From a virus (taxonomy: Duplodnaviria > Caudoviricetes): a stretch of 64,000 nucleotides of DNA. The notes beneath the pieces were generated by a model. That model was not told the origin of the DNA. It did no database searches and saw only the letters and a list, made by a program, of their open reading frames with translations. The translations under genes and the position numbers were made by a program. The stretch lies in IMG/VR virus record IMGVR_UViG_3300033067_000113, positions 9,199 through 73,198 of that record, one strand, 5' to 3'. Position 1 is the stretch's first letter. The number at the start of each line of letters is the position of its first letter. Of this stretch, positions 1 to 9,318 are shown in pieces.

Positions 1-1603
1 ATGGTATAATACAATGCACTCTACAAACAGTTCCCGGCTCTCTTAGCACTGCTGGGCCAGCGGTTACTGGGAAAATATCAGTTACAATAGCAGTAATCTG
101 CCCGTCACTTAATCCAGTAATATCTAATGCAAATCCTAGCGGAGTTGACTTTACTGTTGTATTTAAAAATCCAACATTAACTGCATCTGTATCTGCAGAC
201 GGAGTTGCTAAATTAGTAATCTTCTTATTACTAACATCCACGCTACCGCTACCTTTTGGAGCAATAACAATAGTACCGTTAACATCAATTGCATCAGTGT
301 AAGCAATAGTATTAACATCAATTGTTATCTTGTCTACTTGTAAAAATTCTAATGCTCCTATCGATGATAAGCTAGGAGCCGAAGTTACTGTAGGCAAAGT
401 ATCATATGTCAATACTTCGAAATTATTAATTTTGTAAGCCTTAGTAAACGGGATATTAATATGCTCTGAGCTAGACCATGCATTAGGACTACTTTCCCAC
501 ATGAATGTCTTATCAGTAGTACCTTTAAGTGTGATACCACCGCCTTCAGCAGTTATATCGCTTGGGAATCCTGTGTTACCTAAGATAACATTCTTGTCCT
601 CAACTTCAAGATTAACTGTAGCTAGGCTAGTTGTAGTACCATTTACTGTTAAGTTTCCAGAAATAATAACACTACCTTCAACATCTAGTGTCGCCTGTGG
701 GCTGTTTGTGTAGATACCAACTCTGCTGTTCTCTGCATCAATGTAAAAACTTGGTTTCAGAAGACCTGTAGGATCTAAACTTCCAATTTGAAAGTTTTGA
801 TTTCTAACATTAGAGTTTAATTGGTATTCTAAAGGTGCAAAACTAAACTGTACTGCGCCAGCTGGCCCTAAGATTAAAGGAACTGAATTTAAAATTGACA
901 GTGTACCAGTAGTTGCAGAATCGTCGCTTGTTGATAAGAAGTCGTCTGCGGTCTTTAATGTAACACCGTCACTAGATAATAGCGCATCAGCTTGTTCAAC
1001 TGGGACTCTAAACTTAATATCTGCTAAGTTGCCCGAGTTAAATCCAACTTTGATAGTTCCTACGAAGCCTGGAATATCATTTGCCGGTGTAAATTCATCT
1101 TTACTGTAGATACCTATCAATACTTGTGCCACATACATTAGTACAACACTATGGCTAATATCATTAATATCAACTACTTCAAGAACCTGGAAGCCTGAGT
1201 AACCTTGTGACGAAGTATAAATTGGACCGACTAGTACTGTTGCACTACCGTCGTTAAAATACATCTGTTGGTTAGTACTGTCGATCCAGATATCGCCTTG
1301 TGCAATACTGCTAGGTACTGTACCTGCAACAATAGTTCCGCCGGATACTTTAAATCCGTTACCGTCATATACTTTTAAACGACCTTCACTAGTGTCGTAC
1401 CAAACCTGTCCAGTTAAAGGATTGTTTGGCTGGCTAGTATTTGCAAAGTTTTCTAAGATCTTTACAAAGTTCTCGTTGATAAACTCGCCGTATGTGCTAG
1501 CGTTCTTACCAATTAATGTAATATCAGTCGCAGACTGATCAATAGTGCCGTCTGTAATTTCTGTTAAGACGGAACTATCTGTTTTGTTTATAATGTAGCT
1601 CAT
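1..1603 (-). CDS. Tail fibre / baseplate-associated structural protein, partial (runs off the left edge; not in ORF track)
   Basis: ATG at 1603-1601 overlaps the TGA of the upstream gene (ATGA). It translates as MSYIINKTDSSVLTEITDGTIDQ...GKNASTYGEFINENFVKILENFANTSQPNNPLTGQVWYDTSEGRLKVYDG, paralogous to the N-terminus of 1600..3753. The frame is still open at position 2. Confidence 0.85.
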   Translation of the reverse strand, partial: MSYIINKTDSSVLTEITDGTIDQSATDITLIGKNASTYGEFINENFVKILENFANTSQPNNPLTGQVWYDTSEGRLKVYDGNGFKVSGGTIVAGTVPSSIAQGDIWIDSTNQQMYFNDGSATVLVGPIYTSSQGYSGFQVLEVVDINDISHSVVLMYVAQVLIGIYSKDEFTPANDIPGFVGTIKVGFNSGNLADIKFRVPVEQADALLSSDGVTLKTADDFLSTSDDSATTGTLSILNSVPLILGPAGAVQFSFAPLEYQLNSNVRNQNFQIGSLDPTGLLKPSFYIDAENSRVGIYTNSPQATLDVEGSVIISGNLTVNGTTTSLATVNLEVEDKNVILGNTGFPSDITAEGGGITLKGTTDKTFMWESSPNAWSSSEHINIPFTKAYKINNFEVLTYDTLPTVTSAPSLSSIGALEFLQVDKITIDVNTIAYTDAIDVNGTIVIAPKGSGSVDVSNKKITNLATPSADTDAVNVGFLNTTVKSTPLGFALDITGLSDGQITAIVTDIFPVTAGPAVLREPGTVCRVHCIIP

Positions 1604-3753
1604 GATATTGTACCAGTAAAGATAATATAGTTGATTGTTGTAAACGGATTCATAGTAGTAAATGGTTGGCCTAAGCGTCCATCTGTATTAATACCGCCAC
1701 TGTTAGGCAATCCTGATCCAGTACTTGTGTTAGGCAATCCGTATCCTGCTTCCGCTTGTGGGTCACTAGGCGCACCTGGAATACCTGCCGCATAGTATTG
1801 AGCAGCATTTGTACTTAGATCGTGTTGGTGTTGTGGCAAGTTTGACAAATCTAATATAGTCTGTTCGCTTCCGCTCTTGGCACCAAGTGTATCTGCTAGT
1901 ACATTTGTCACGCTGTTAGCTGATCCGCCACCGGCAGGTACGCTAACTGTGATGTTGTCTTTACTAGGAACATATCGACCGTTGTTCATGTCGTCACGAC
2001 CTAGTGGGAATCTACCTCTAAGGTCCGGTAATGCAAATGTTGCGGCACCAATTAACAGACTTGCTGTCTTGTATGTGTAACCAATTACACCAAATAGTGT
2101 TGGGAAGTCTGAAATTTTAACTTCGCTACCGTCACATAGTAAGTAACCGTTTGGAACAGTTGCTCCTGCAAACGGAAATATTGCGCCTGCTGGCACAAAC
2201 GGTATGTTCGAGATAAACTGTTGCTTAGTAATTGATCGTAACCCTGCGCCAGTACCGCTACGATACATTAAGAATGTATCTGCTAGCAACGAATCAGTTG
2301 CAGGTGTTTGGGTAGTAATTAAGTCTGGAGTAATAGATGTTTGAAATACTGCAACGCCTGTTTCTGTAACGCCGTTAAACGGAACATCAGTACTAGTAAT
2401 CTGTCCACGCAATCTAAAGACTGTAGTGTCTTGTAAACTGCTAGCCGAGCCGCTAGTGTTACCTGAGAATGCGCCTTCAAACTGTCCAGTAAAAATAGTA
2501 GTACCGTCTGGCTTACCTACTGTCTGAGCATACACATTTCTAAAAGGACGAGTCTCACTACCTAGGTCATATGTGTTTGCGGCTGAATCAGTTCCAGGCA
2601 CAATAATTGGACCAGCTATTGGATCATCGTTAATGTCTAGATTGTTAAGTACTACCTGCGCATTAAATGTTGCAGTATCACCAAACTGTGATTTCTTAGC
2701 AACTGATAAACCGCCGTTAGTTCTAATACTTCCAACTCCTAATGCCGTTGAGTCAATCGATCCAGTAACAATTATTTCATCGCTAACTGTTAAACTGCCT
2801 TCTACATCTAAGGTTGTTTCTGGGTTACTATTATTTGGGCCAATACCAACTTTAGCATCAGCATCGATATGAACTGCTGTAGTAATTGCACCTGCGTTGT
2901 TTAGTTTAATATCAATACTGTTGCCAGATGTTTTAGAGAACAGTACTGTAGTGTTTGTTTCTGTGCCGATGTTAAAGTTTAAGTCGCTACCGATACTAAG
3001 GCCGCCGTTTGATCGAACATTGATTGCATAGTTAGTAGTGCTTGCTTGGTCGCTTCTCAAGAAATTTGAAGAGTTAACAGTTGTACCATTAACTACCAGT
3101 GCGTCAGCTTGACTAGCAGTGCCCCACATCTTAGTAGGAGCAGTTGTACTAGTTGCATCAACTGTACTAATATTCATGCCTTGGCCGATAGTAGTGAATC
3201 CTGCAATAGTTGACTTAGGTGTAAACGCTGCCTTGCTAATAATTGCAATACGATAATCTTCGGAGAAGAAAGAAACTACATTGTGACTTACATTAGAAGT
3301 GTCAATGATTGATTCAATTTGCGGACCTGTCTTCAAACCTGCACTAAATTGAGGACCAACTAACAACCAAGTGGATCCTGAGAAAATATATAACTGCTGG
3401 TTAGCAGTGTCGACCCATAGGTCACCTTTTAGACTGTTATTAACTTGAGGAGCAACAGAGGCTTTCTTAACACTACCTGCGGCTGTCCATGTTGTGCCGT
3501 CAAATACTTTTAAAAGATTAACACCAACTGTATTGTCATACCAAAGTTGGCCTTGCACAGGGTTTGCTGGTGCGCTTGTTCTTGCAAAGTTTTCTAATAA
3601 GTGTAAAAAGTTTTCTGCTACAATAGGAGCGTAACCTGCATAGTTCTTTCCAACAAAGGTTAAACTTGTAGATGTATCAAGTGTTTGATCTTCTACTGTT
3701 ATACTTGGCTTTGCTGGGTTTGTTGTTTCGGTAAATTTAACTTGGTAAGCCAT
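1600..3753 (-). CDS. Tail fibre protein with C-terminal phage tail-collar domain (short-tail-fibre-like)
   Basis: 717 aa. Collar motif PAGAIFPFAG..VPNGYLLCDGSEV...FALPDLRGRFPLG, the typical terminus PFTTINYIIFTG, and a position in the baseplate operon. Confidence 0.8.
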   Translation of the reverse strand: MAYQVKFTETTNPAKPSITVEDQTLDTSTSLTFVGKNYAGYAPIVAENFLHLLENFARTSAPANPVQGQLWYDNTVGVNLLKVFDGTTWTAAGSVKKASVAPQVNNSLKGDLWVDTANQQLYIFSGSTWLLVGPQFSAGLKTGPQIESIIDTSNVSHNVVSFFSEDYRIAIISKAAFTPKSTIAGFTTIGQGMNISTVDATSTTAPTKMWGTASQADALVVNGTTVNSSNFLRSDQASTTNYAINVRSNGGLSIGSDLNFNIGTETNTTVLFSKTSGNSIDIKLNNAGAITTAVHIDADAKVGIGPNNSNPETTLDVEGSLTVSDEIIVTGSIDSTALGVGSIRTNGGLSVAKKSQFGDTATFNAQVVLNNLDINDDPIAGPIIVPGTDSAANTYDLGSETRPFRNVYAQTVGKPDGTTIFTGQFEGAFSGNTSGSASSLQDTTVFRLRGQITSTDVPFNGVTETGVAVFQTSITPDLITTQTPATDSLLADTFLMYRSGTGAGLRSITKQQFISNIPFVPAGAIFPFAGATVPNGYLLCDGSEVKISDFPTLFGVIGYTYKTASLLIGAATFALPDLRGRFPLGRDDMNNGRYVPSKDNITVSVPAGGGSANSVTNVLADTLGAKSGSEQTILDLSNLPQHQHDLSTNAAQYYAAGIPGAPSDPQAEAGYGLPNTSTGSGLPNSGGINTDGRLGQPFTTMNPFTTINYIIFTGTIS

Positions 3754-3756
3754 TTA

Positions 3757-4365
3757 TTAAACTCCTACTAGACCAGTTAAGCTCTGGATACGAACTGTAT
3801 AGTCAACTTGAATTAATCTGTTAAGACTCTTCTGAACTGGGTGGAATATAACATGTGTCAGTAGTAACTGATTGCCTGTCGAACTATAGCTCTTTAAGCC
3901 TAGTTCATCAAATACAAACGAGCTGTCGTTGTTGTTTGTATTGTCAAATGCGCTTTGGCTGCTAGGCTCGCCGTAGTCCAGTAAACATGTAATAAACACA
4001 TCAGTATAATTTGTGCCAGTTACATGTCGTGTTTCAATAAAATTTCTTGTTGGATCAACATTATTAGTACTTCGATCGTCAACTACTTTAGTGTATGTTT
4101 GATTGTACAAGCTAGCATTAGATCCAGAGCTATTAGGTGTTAAGTATGTAATAATACCAGTCGGGTCAACGGCGGTTCCGCCGTTACCGAATGCCATTTC
4201 GTAAATGAAGCCCTGGCCGCTATTAGCAATACTCTGCGCTAGCGCAATACTAATATTTTCATAGTGAATTGCATTACGCTTGTCAATGTATACTTCCTTA
4301 GTTACCGGATCGGAAATTTTAATGTGACCTTCAATATGAACGCCTGTTGTGTCTTTACTCTGCAT
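3757..4365 (-). CDS. Conserved virion/baseplate structural protein
   Basis: 202 aa beta-rich ORF (HIEGHIKI...FVFDELGL...LLLTHVIFHPVQKSLNRLIQVDYTVRI) with its own late promoter. Function is inferred from context only. Confidence 0.6.
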   Translation of the reverse strand: MQSKDTTGVHIEGHIKISDPVTKEVYIDKRNAIHYENISIALAQSIANSGQGFIYEMAFGNGGTAVDPTGIITYLTPNSSGSNASLYNQTYTKVVDDRSTNNVDPTRNFIETRHVTGTNYTDVFITCLLDYGEPSSQSAFDNTNNNDSSFVFDELGLKSYSSTGNQLLLTHVIFHPVQKSLNRLIQVDYTVRIQSLTGLVGV

Positions 4366-4385
4366 AGTGATCTCTCTTTATTCAG

Positions 4386-4391
4386 TATTTA
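4386..4391 (-). promoter_or_regulatory. gp55-type late promoter (TAAATA)
   Basis: Minus strand reads ttgaTAAATActgaat, 21 nt upstream of the 4365 start. The 14-mer attcagtatttatc (4380-4393) is identical to 26621-26634. Confidence 0.75.
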
Positions 4392-4413
4392 TCAATAGTT
4401 ATAATGTGCTAGT

Positions 4414-7400
4414 TTAATCCCACGATCCGCCAATCTGCTGCCAATGACTCTGTGTAAAGATCAGTGTACAGATGCTAGTCGGAACTTGCTCTGCCGCTAC
4501 CCAATAGCGGAATGGCCATAACTGCCAATCCTGCATCTGTGTCGATTGTTCTCGTCCGTGAGCAACCGTTACTATCACATTGTTTGACGTGGTAAATGTG
4601 CCAATGTCTGGAACAAGATACATAATCTGTCCCTCAACACCGTCTGCTAGAGTGTAATAACCATCGCCAATACTGTTGATAGATTTAGTTAGGTCTATTA
4701 CTGCCGGGGTCGGAGGTGTTGCGCCAACTGCGTCCGGGTTAATCTCAAATGTTTGGCCAACTGTGTGCCCAGTACCGCCGCTATTAACGACAACTGAGGC
4801 ATTTCCTAAACCATCAAATGTAACTGAAAAGTCTACATCACCTAGGCCGAGGCCACTAGTGTTTGTAACCCACGCTGGATTAGGGCTGTTAGTTACTGTT
4901 AGTTCAGTCACTGCTCCAGTTAAACCGTCAACTTGAGTTACTTCAAACTTTACATTGTTGCTAGTAAGGTCAACACCGGTTACAATCACTGTACTCTTAA
5001 CCACAGCACCTGGAATAGTCATTTTACCAGTATTGTCAAAAGTCCAACTATGTATGCCGCCACCTGTATTTAGAGTAATGTTACCAGAAGCCGCTGTGTA
5101 TAAGTTTAACTGCCCGCCGCTGTTGGCATCAATGGTAATATTACCACCTGTACCGTTACTGCTACTACCACTTTCGATATTAATATAGCCACCAGTACCA
5201 TCTGTAGAGCTACCTGCTTGGAAGTTCAAGTATCCGCCATTGCCTGTAGCATTGCCACGACCAGCACGGATCTTAATATCACCACCGTCGCCACCAGCAC
5301 TGCCGCCTGGGCCGGCCCATAGGTAAACGTCACCACCTTCGCCGGTTGTATCTGTATAACCTGGAGCACCTTGAATAATCACACGCTCTGCGTTAATAAA
5401 CTCTGCTGTTGATGCCGGGCCATAAATGATTGCCTGTTGCGTAGAGTCACTAAACTTTAGAGTCTGTCCAGTACCGCTTGGTGCGGCATTATCGCTAATA
5501 GGCACTGTCATTGTTGGGAATGTTGTAGCACCATCTGTGCCAAACTTCCAGGTATTACTGCTTGTACCAATAGAAATGATATCGTCTAAACCTAGTTTTA
5601 GATATTTGTTATCATTACCAAAGTATTGATCGTAGACCGATGTATCGCCTACGCTGAGATGTAGGTGTGTAGGATTGTCGCCACCGTGTATTCTAAAATA
5701 CATATTGGCATCAAGTCCAGGTCCAGGAGATAGATTTAGCCCCAAGGCGCCGTCGTTTGACCCTGTGCCTATTATTTTATTTCCTTCAAATGTGACATCA
5801 CCTGTACCATATCCCAACAAGTCACCGTAGTAAATGTCGTTGATATTATAATCAGTGTTATTATGAACCAGCGTCCAGGTAGTCATATTTGTGGAACGCC
5901 ACATAAACTCGCTGCCTTGTACAATACACACGCCGTCAGCAATATGAATAGCGTCTAGTCCTTCACCTTCGCTAAATGTCACTGTGATAGGCAGGCTTGG
6001 GACTGTCCACGCACTACTGTCAACATCAGTGCCGCCAATAGCGAACAAATCAAATAGATTAGGAGCACCTGGTCTAATACGATAAACACCGTTCCATCGA
6101 GTATCGTCTCCACTGCCTACAGCAATAGTTATGAATTCATCATACTGTGGAGAGTAACCAGAGTTAACTAAACTTATCTGTGTAGTTGTACCTTGTACTA
6201 AAATACCTGACTCAGTGTGCGTTTTAGGTGCAGGAGTTGAGAAACTAAATGTAGAACCGTTGTCTGTGGTGTAAACCACCTGTCCATTGTTGATTGTGCC
6301 TGCCCACATTTGTTGTCCATCTACTGTGCCTGCCACAGCAGAGTCAACATCTGGCCCACTGTTATACTGACCAGGAGCATATTCGTAGTTAGGAATATAG
6401 CCAAACTGGCTGGCAAACGCTGACTGATAATCGTGCGGTGTCCAAGTGTTTAATGGGTCTGAACTGGTCCATACTGTGTAGTTGTCATCTGATACGAAGA
6501 ATGTACCATCTGCGTAACTGGCAATGTTGTTGAATCTTCCGGGTAAACCTGTAACACCATCGATAAACTGCCCTTCACCAACTTGAGCAGTTAGGTCTGT
6601 GATGTAGAATGCGCCCAATCCCTGTTCCAATGGGTCACTATTATTGCCGCCAAAGCGACTATCAATAACTGGTATCAAATAGCCTGTGCCATCATAAGCA
6701 ACATCGCTCATTGATGCCTGCGGATAAGATCCCAATATCATAAAATAACCAGGATCAATATCACCGTAGGTCCAGGTAACACCGTCTGTAGAGTAGATGA
6801 ATAATGGCCAACTGAGGTTGATAGGCGTGTTAGTAGTTAGGCTAGCACCCGTAGCGTCAGTACTGGTAATAGTTGCTGGGGTTGCATAATCAGTCTGGCG
6901 TAGTTCATACACACCTGTAAACGGTTCAATATAAGTACTGTCGTGGGTAAGAACGAATGTTCCGTTTAGTTCGGGATTGGTCGCACCGCTGATTGTTACT
7001 TCTTGACCTGTGAGATCTGCGCTAGTATTGTCTAGTGTTACTCGAGGATATATGTAGGTAAGGTCTGCTAGTGTGACCGAAGTAATGTTAGCAGTAACAG
7101 TACTGGTAGATTTATAAGCACCAGTTGCTACAAACTTACCACCGAGGTAGTTGATTTCACGCCAATCTACTGGTGCACCTTCACCGTAGGCATAGGTACC
7201 AGAGGCTAATGTTGGAGTTGCACCAGGTGTCAAGGCATAATAGATAGAGCCGTCATCGGTGTTATTATCGTTCATTAAATAAACAATTCTGTTGTTGCCA
7301 ATAGCCACACGACTTACTGTTCGGTCAGTAAGCCCAAGGCCAGCAACGGTCCAGTTGACACCGTCCGTGGAACTAACTATACCTGCACCGCCTGGATTAG

Positions 7401-8244
7401 ATCCACCGGCAATCCAAGTGCCTACAGTTGTTCCACCACCACTTTGTCCAGTGTAGGCTGTTGTTTGTGTAGTACCATCCGGGAATGTTAGGCCACCATC
7501 ACCGTCAAACTCCCAAGTGTTTCGATTCTCGTTTTGATTTGTGACAATATTAACTGAAGCACTGTAAGTACCTTCATCATTCGTTGTCCAAGCACGAACT
7601 GTTAGTCCATCTTCATCTTGGCGGATTCGACTGTTGACGCCGCTGTAGTCCTCACCGTACTTCCAAACTAGACCACGATTTACTCCGCCATCTGGGCCGT
7701 CAAACACTACATCGCCAGTATCCATCAGGGCAAATATTTCACCGTTTTCATTTTCTTCGAGTTGATTACCACTTCCACTACCGCCTACATTCTCAACTTC
7801 ACCTGCGCGAAACTTTGGAAGGAATGGAATCTGTGTCCAATCGTTTGCGTTCCAGTTACTAGTTGCATTAGGAACGTCAGTTACCCACATTTGGCCGCCA
7901 AGGGCAATTGATCTCTCAGCATCTGAATATGTTCCTGCTACATCTACACTAATCTCATCAATCTCACCGTCATCTAATTCTACACGGTATTGGGCCGCAA
8001 CATACTGTGAGCTCGGTGTTAATATTCCAGAATAAAAATTCCACTGAGCATGGTCAATAACAACAACTGTCGGTGCGTTGTAACTCGGACGATTATCATA
8101 ATCACCGTCTTCTTCAACTTCTTCTACTGTATAGTTAGTAGCCTGTGTGACGCCAGGAATAACAACACCGGTTGTACCTGCTTGTAAATTTACGCCGCCT
8201 AGTGTTAGGTCAGCGCCTTGTATTGCGAATGGTTTATTTGCCAT
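4414..8244 (-). CDS. Large mosaic fibre / receptor-binding-like structural protein
   Basis: 1276 aa, rich in T/G/S/D. BNR-like motifs (SSTDGVNWT, YSTDGVTWT, YTTDNGSTFS), three W-x-F-x-x-x-G-x-x-T-x-P motifs and a Gly-rich repeat block. Confidence 0.6.
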   Translation of the reverse strand: MANKPFAIQGADLTLGGVNLQAGTTGVVIPGVTQATNYTVEEVEEDGDYDNRPSYNAPTVVVIDHAQWNFYSGILTPSSQYVAAQYRVELDDGEIDEISVDVAGTYSDAERSIALGGQMWVTDVPNATSNWNANDWTQIPFLPKFRAGEVENVGGSGSGNQLEENENGEIFALMDTGDVVFDGPDGGVNRGLVWKYGEDYSGVNSRIRQDEDGLTVRAWTTNDEGTYSASVNIVTNQNENRNTWEFDGDGGLTFPDGTTQTTAYTGQSGGGTTVGTWIAGGSNPGGAGIVSSTDGVNWTVAGLGLTDRTVSRVAIGNNRIVYLMNDNNTDDGSIYYALTPGATPTLASGTYAYGEGAPVDWREINYLGGKFVATGAYKSTSTVTANITSVTLADLTYIYPRVTLDNTSADLTGQEVTISGATNPELNGTFVLTHDSTYIEPFTGVYELRQTDYATPATITSTDATGASLTTNTPINLSWPLFIYSTDGVTWTYGDIDPGYFMILGSYPQASMSDVAYDGTGYLIPVIDSRFGGNNSDPLEQGLGAFYITDLTAQVGEGQFIDGVTGLPGRFNNIASYADGTFFVSDDNYTVWTSSDPLNTWTPHDYQSAFASQFGYIPNYEYAPGQYNSGPDVDSAVAGTVDGQQMWAGTINNGQVVYTTDNGSTFSFSTPAPKTHTESGILVQGTTTQISLVNSGYSPQYDEFITIAVGSGDDTRWNGVYRIRPGAPNLFDLFAIGGTDVDSSAWTVPSLPITVTFSEGEGLDAIHIADGVCIVQGSEFMWRSTNMTTWTLVHNNTDYNINDIYYGDLLGYGTGDVTFEGNKIIGTGSNDGALGLNLSPGPGLDANMYFRIHGGDNPTHLHLSVGDTSVYDQYFGNDNKYLKLGLDDIISIGTSSNTWKFGTDGATTFPTMTVPISDNAAPSGTGQTLKFSDSTQQAIIYGPASTAEFINAERVIIQGAPGYTDTTGEGGDVYLWAGPGGSAGGDGGDIKIRAGRGNATGNGGYLNFQAGSSTDGTGGYINIESGSSSNGTGGNITIDANSGGQLNLYTAASGNITLNTGGGIHSWTFDNTGKMTIPGAVVKSTVIVTGVDLTSNNVKFEVTQVDGLTGAVTELTVTNSPNPAWVTNTSGLGLGDVDFSVTFDGLGNASVVVNSGGTGHTVGQTFEINPDAVGATPPTPAVIDLTKSINSIGDGYYTLADGVEGQIMYLVPDIGTFTTSNNVIVTVAHGREQSTQMQDWQLWPFRYWVAAEQVPTSICTLIFTQSHWQQIGGSWD

Positions 8245-8257
8245 GTTATATTATTCC

Positions 8258-9316
8258 TTAATCCCAGTTTAAGATTTCGATAACCATAGATTCGATCCAT
8301 ACACTATTTGTCGGATCTAGGTTAGTTGCTGTTATTTCTATTTTGCTTGTTAGAGCATTCCATTGTGAATCATATGTTACAAAAGGTGAAACAGTAGTGT
8401 GGATCACGCCGTACACTGTATCGTGGACAATTAAACCAGTACTGTTTCTCACCACTAACATTTCACATGCTTGATAATCACTGCCCATATTGGCTTTAAG
8501 TATCAACTTAACAACATTAGGAGATCCTGCTGTAGTGTAGACAACACCAGTAGTTACTGGCGCAACACTATTGCCTTGCGGTGGTGTTAGTTGATAACCG
8601 CCGTCAATATTGATACCCAAATTAGTAAAGCCAGTAGTGGTCAACACTCCATTACCATCTGCGACAATTGTAACGCCGTCAACTTTTACGCCGCCTTTAA
8701 CAGTAGTAGATGCAGTTGGTAAATTAGAACTTATAACACCGCTACCATTAATTACAATTGACGAGTTATCAATCTTAACAGTACCTGAAATAGTATCAGT
8801 TGCAACAGGCACTGTTTGCACATCTGCACTTAATACTCCGTTAGTAATTGTTAATCTTGCACCTACTTTAATACCGCCTAGTACATCGCTAGTTGCTGTA
8901 GGCAATTGATATAATCCGCCTGACACATTAACTACACCTGTTTCAGATATAGTTAAGGTATCACCAACTTTAATACCACCAAGTGTGCCTGCTTGAGCAA
9001 TTGGTAGAGTATACGATCCGGGGTTTGCACTTAGCACACCCTCGTTGTCGATAGTTAAATTTTCACCTACTTTGATTCCGCCAAGTATGTTGTTAGTAGC
9101 AATCTTACTTCTAACTAGAATATCTCCTGTACTGCTACTAACAGTGATGCCATCACCTGCTGTTAGTTTTGATACAATTGATAAAGTTCCGTTAGTTGCG
9201 CCAAGCGCAGTGTACAGTTCACTGAAATTATCGTTAATTTTTTGAGCGCCATCTCTCAGGGAGTCCCCTGAGCCGTCATTCTTAACTGTACCTATATTAA
9301 TAATTTGCTTTGCCAT
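8258..9316 (-). CDS. Baseplate wedge / fibre connector with gp9/gp10-like N-terminus and GGIKVG repeats
   Basis: N-terminus MAKQIINIGTVKNDGSGDSLRDGAQKINDNFSELY matches the T4 gp9/gp10-type start. Five ~30-aa repeats follow. Confidence 0.7.
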   Translation of the reverse strand: MAKQIINIGTVKNDGSGDSLRDGAQKINDNFSELYTALGATNGTLSIVSKLTAGDGITVSSSTGDILVRSKIATNNILGGIKVGENLTIDNEGVLSANPGSYTLPIAQAGTLGGIKVGDTLTISETGVVNVSGGLYQLPTATSDVLGGIKVGARLTITNGVLSADVQTVPVATDTISGTVKIDNSSIVINGSGVISSNLPTASTTVKGGVKVDGVTIVADGNGVLTTTGFTNLGINIDGGYQLTPPQGNSVAPVTTGVVYTTAGSPNVVKLILKANMGSDYQACEMLVVRNSTGLIVHDTVYGVIHTTVSPFVTYDSQWNALTSKIEITATNLDPTNSVWIESMVIEILNWD

Positions 9317-9318
9317 TT

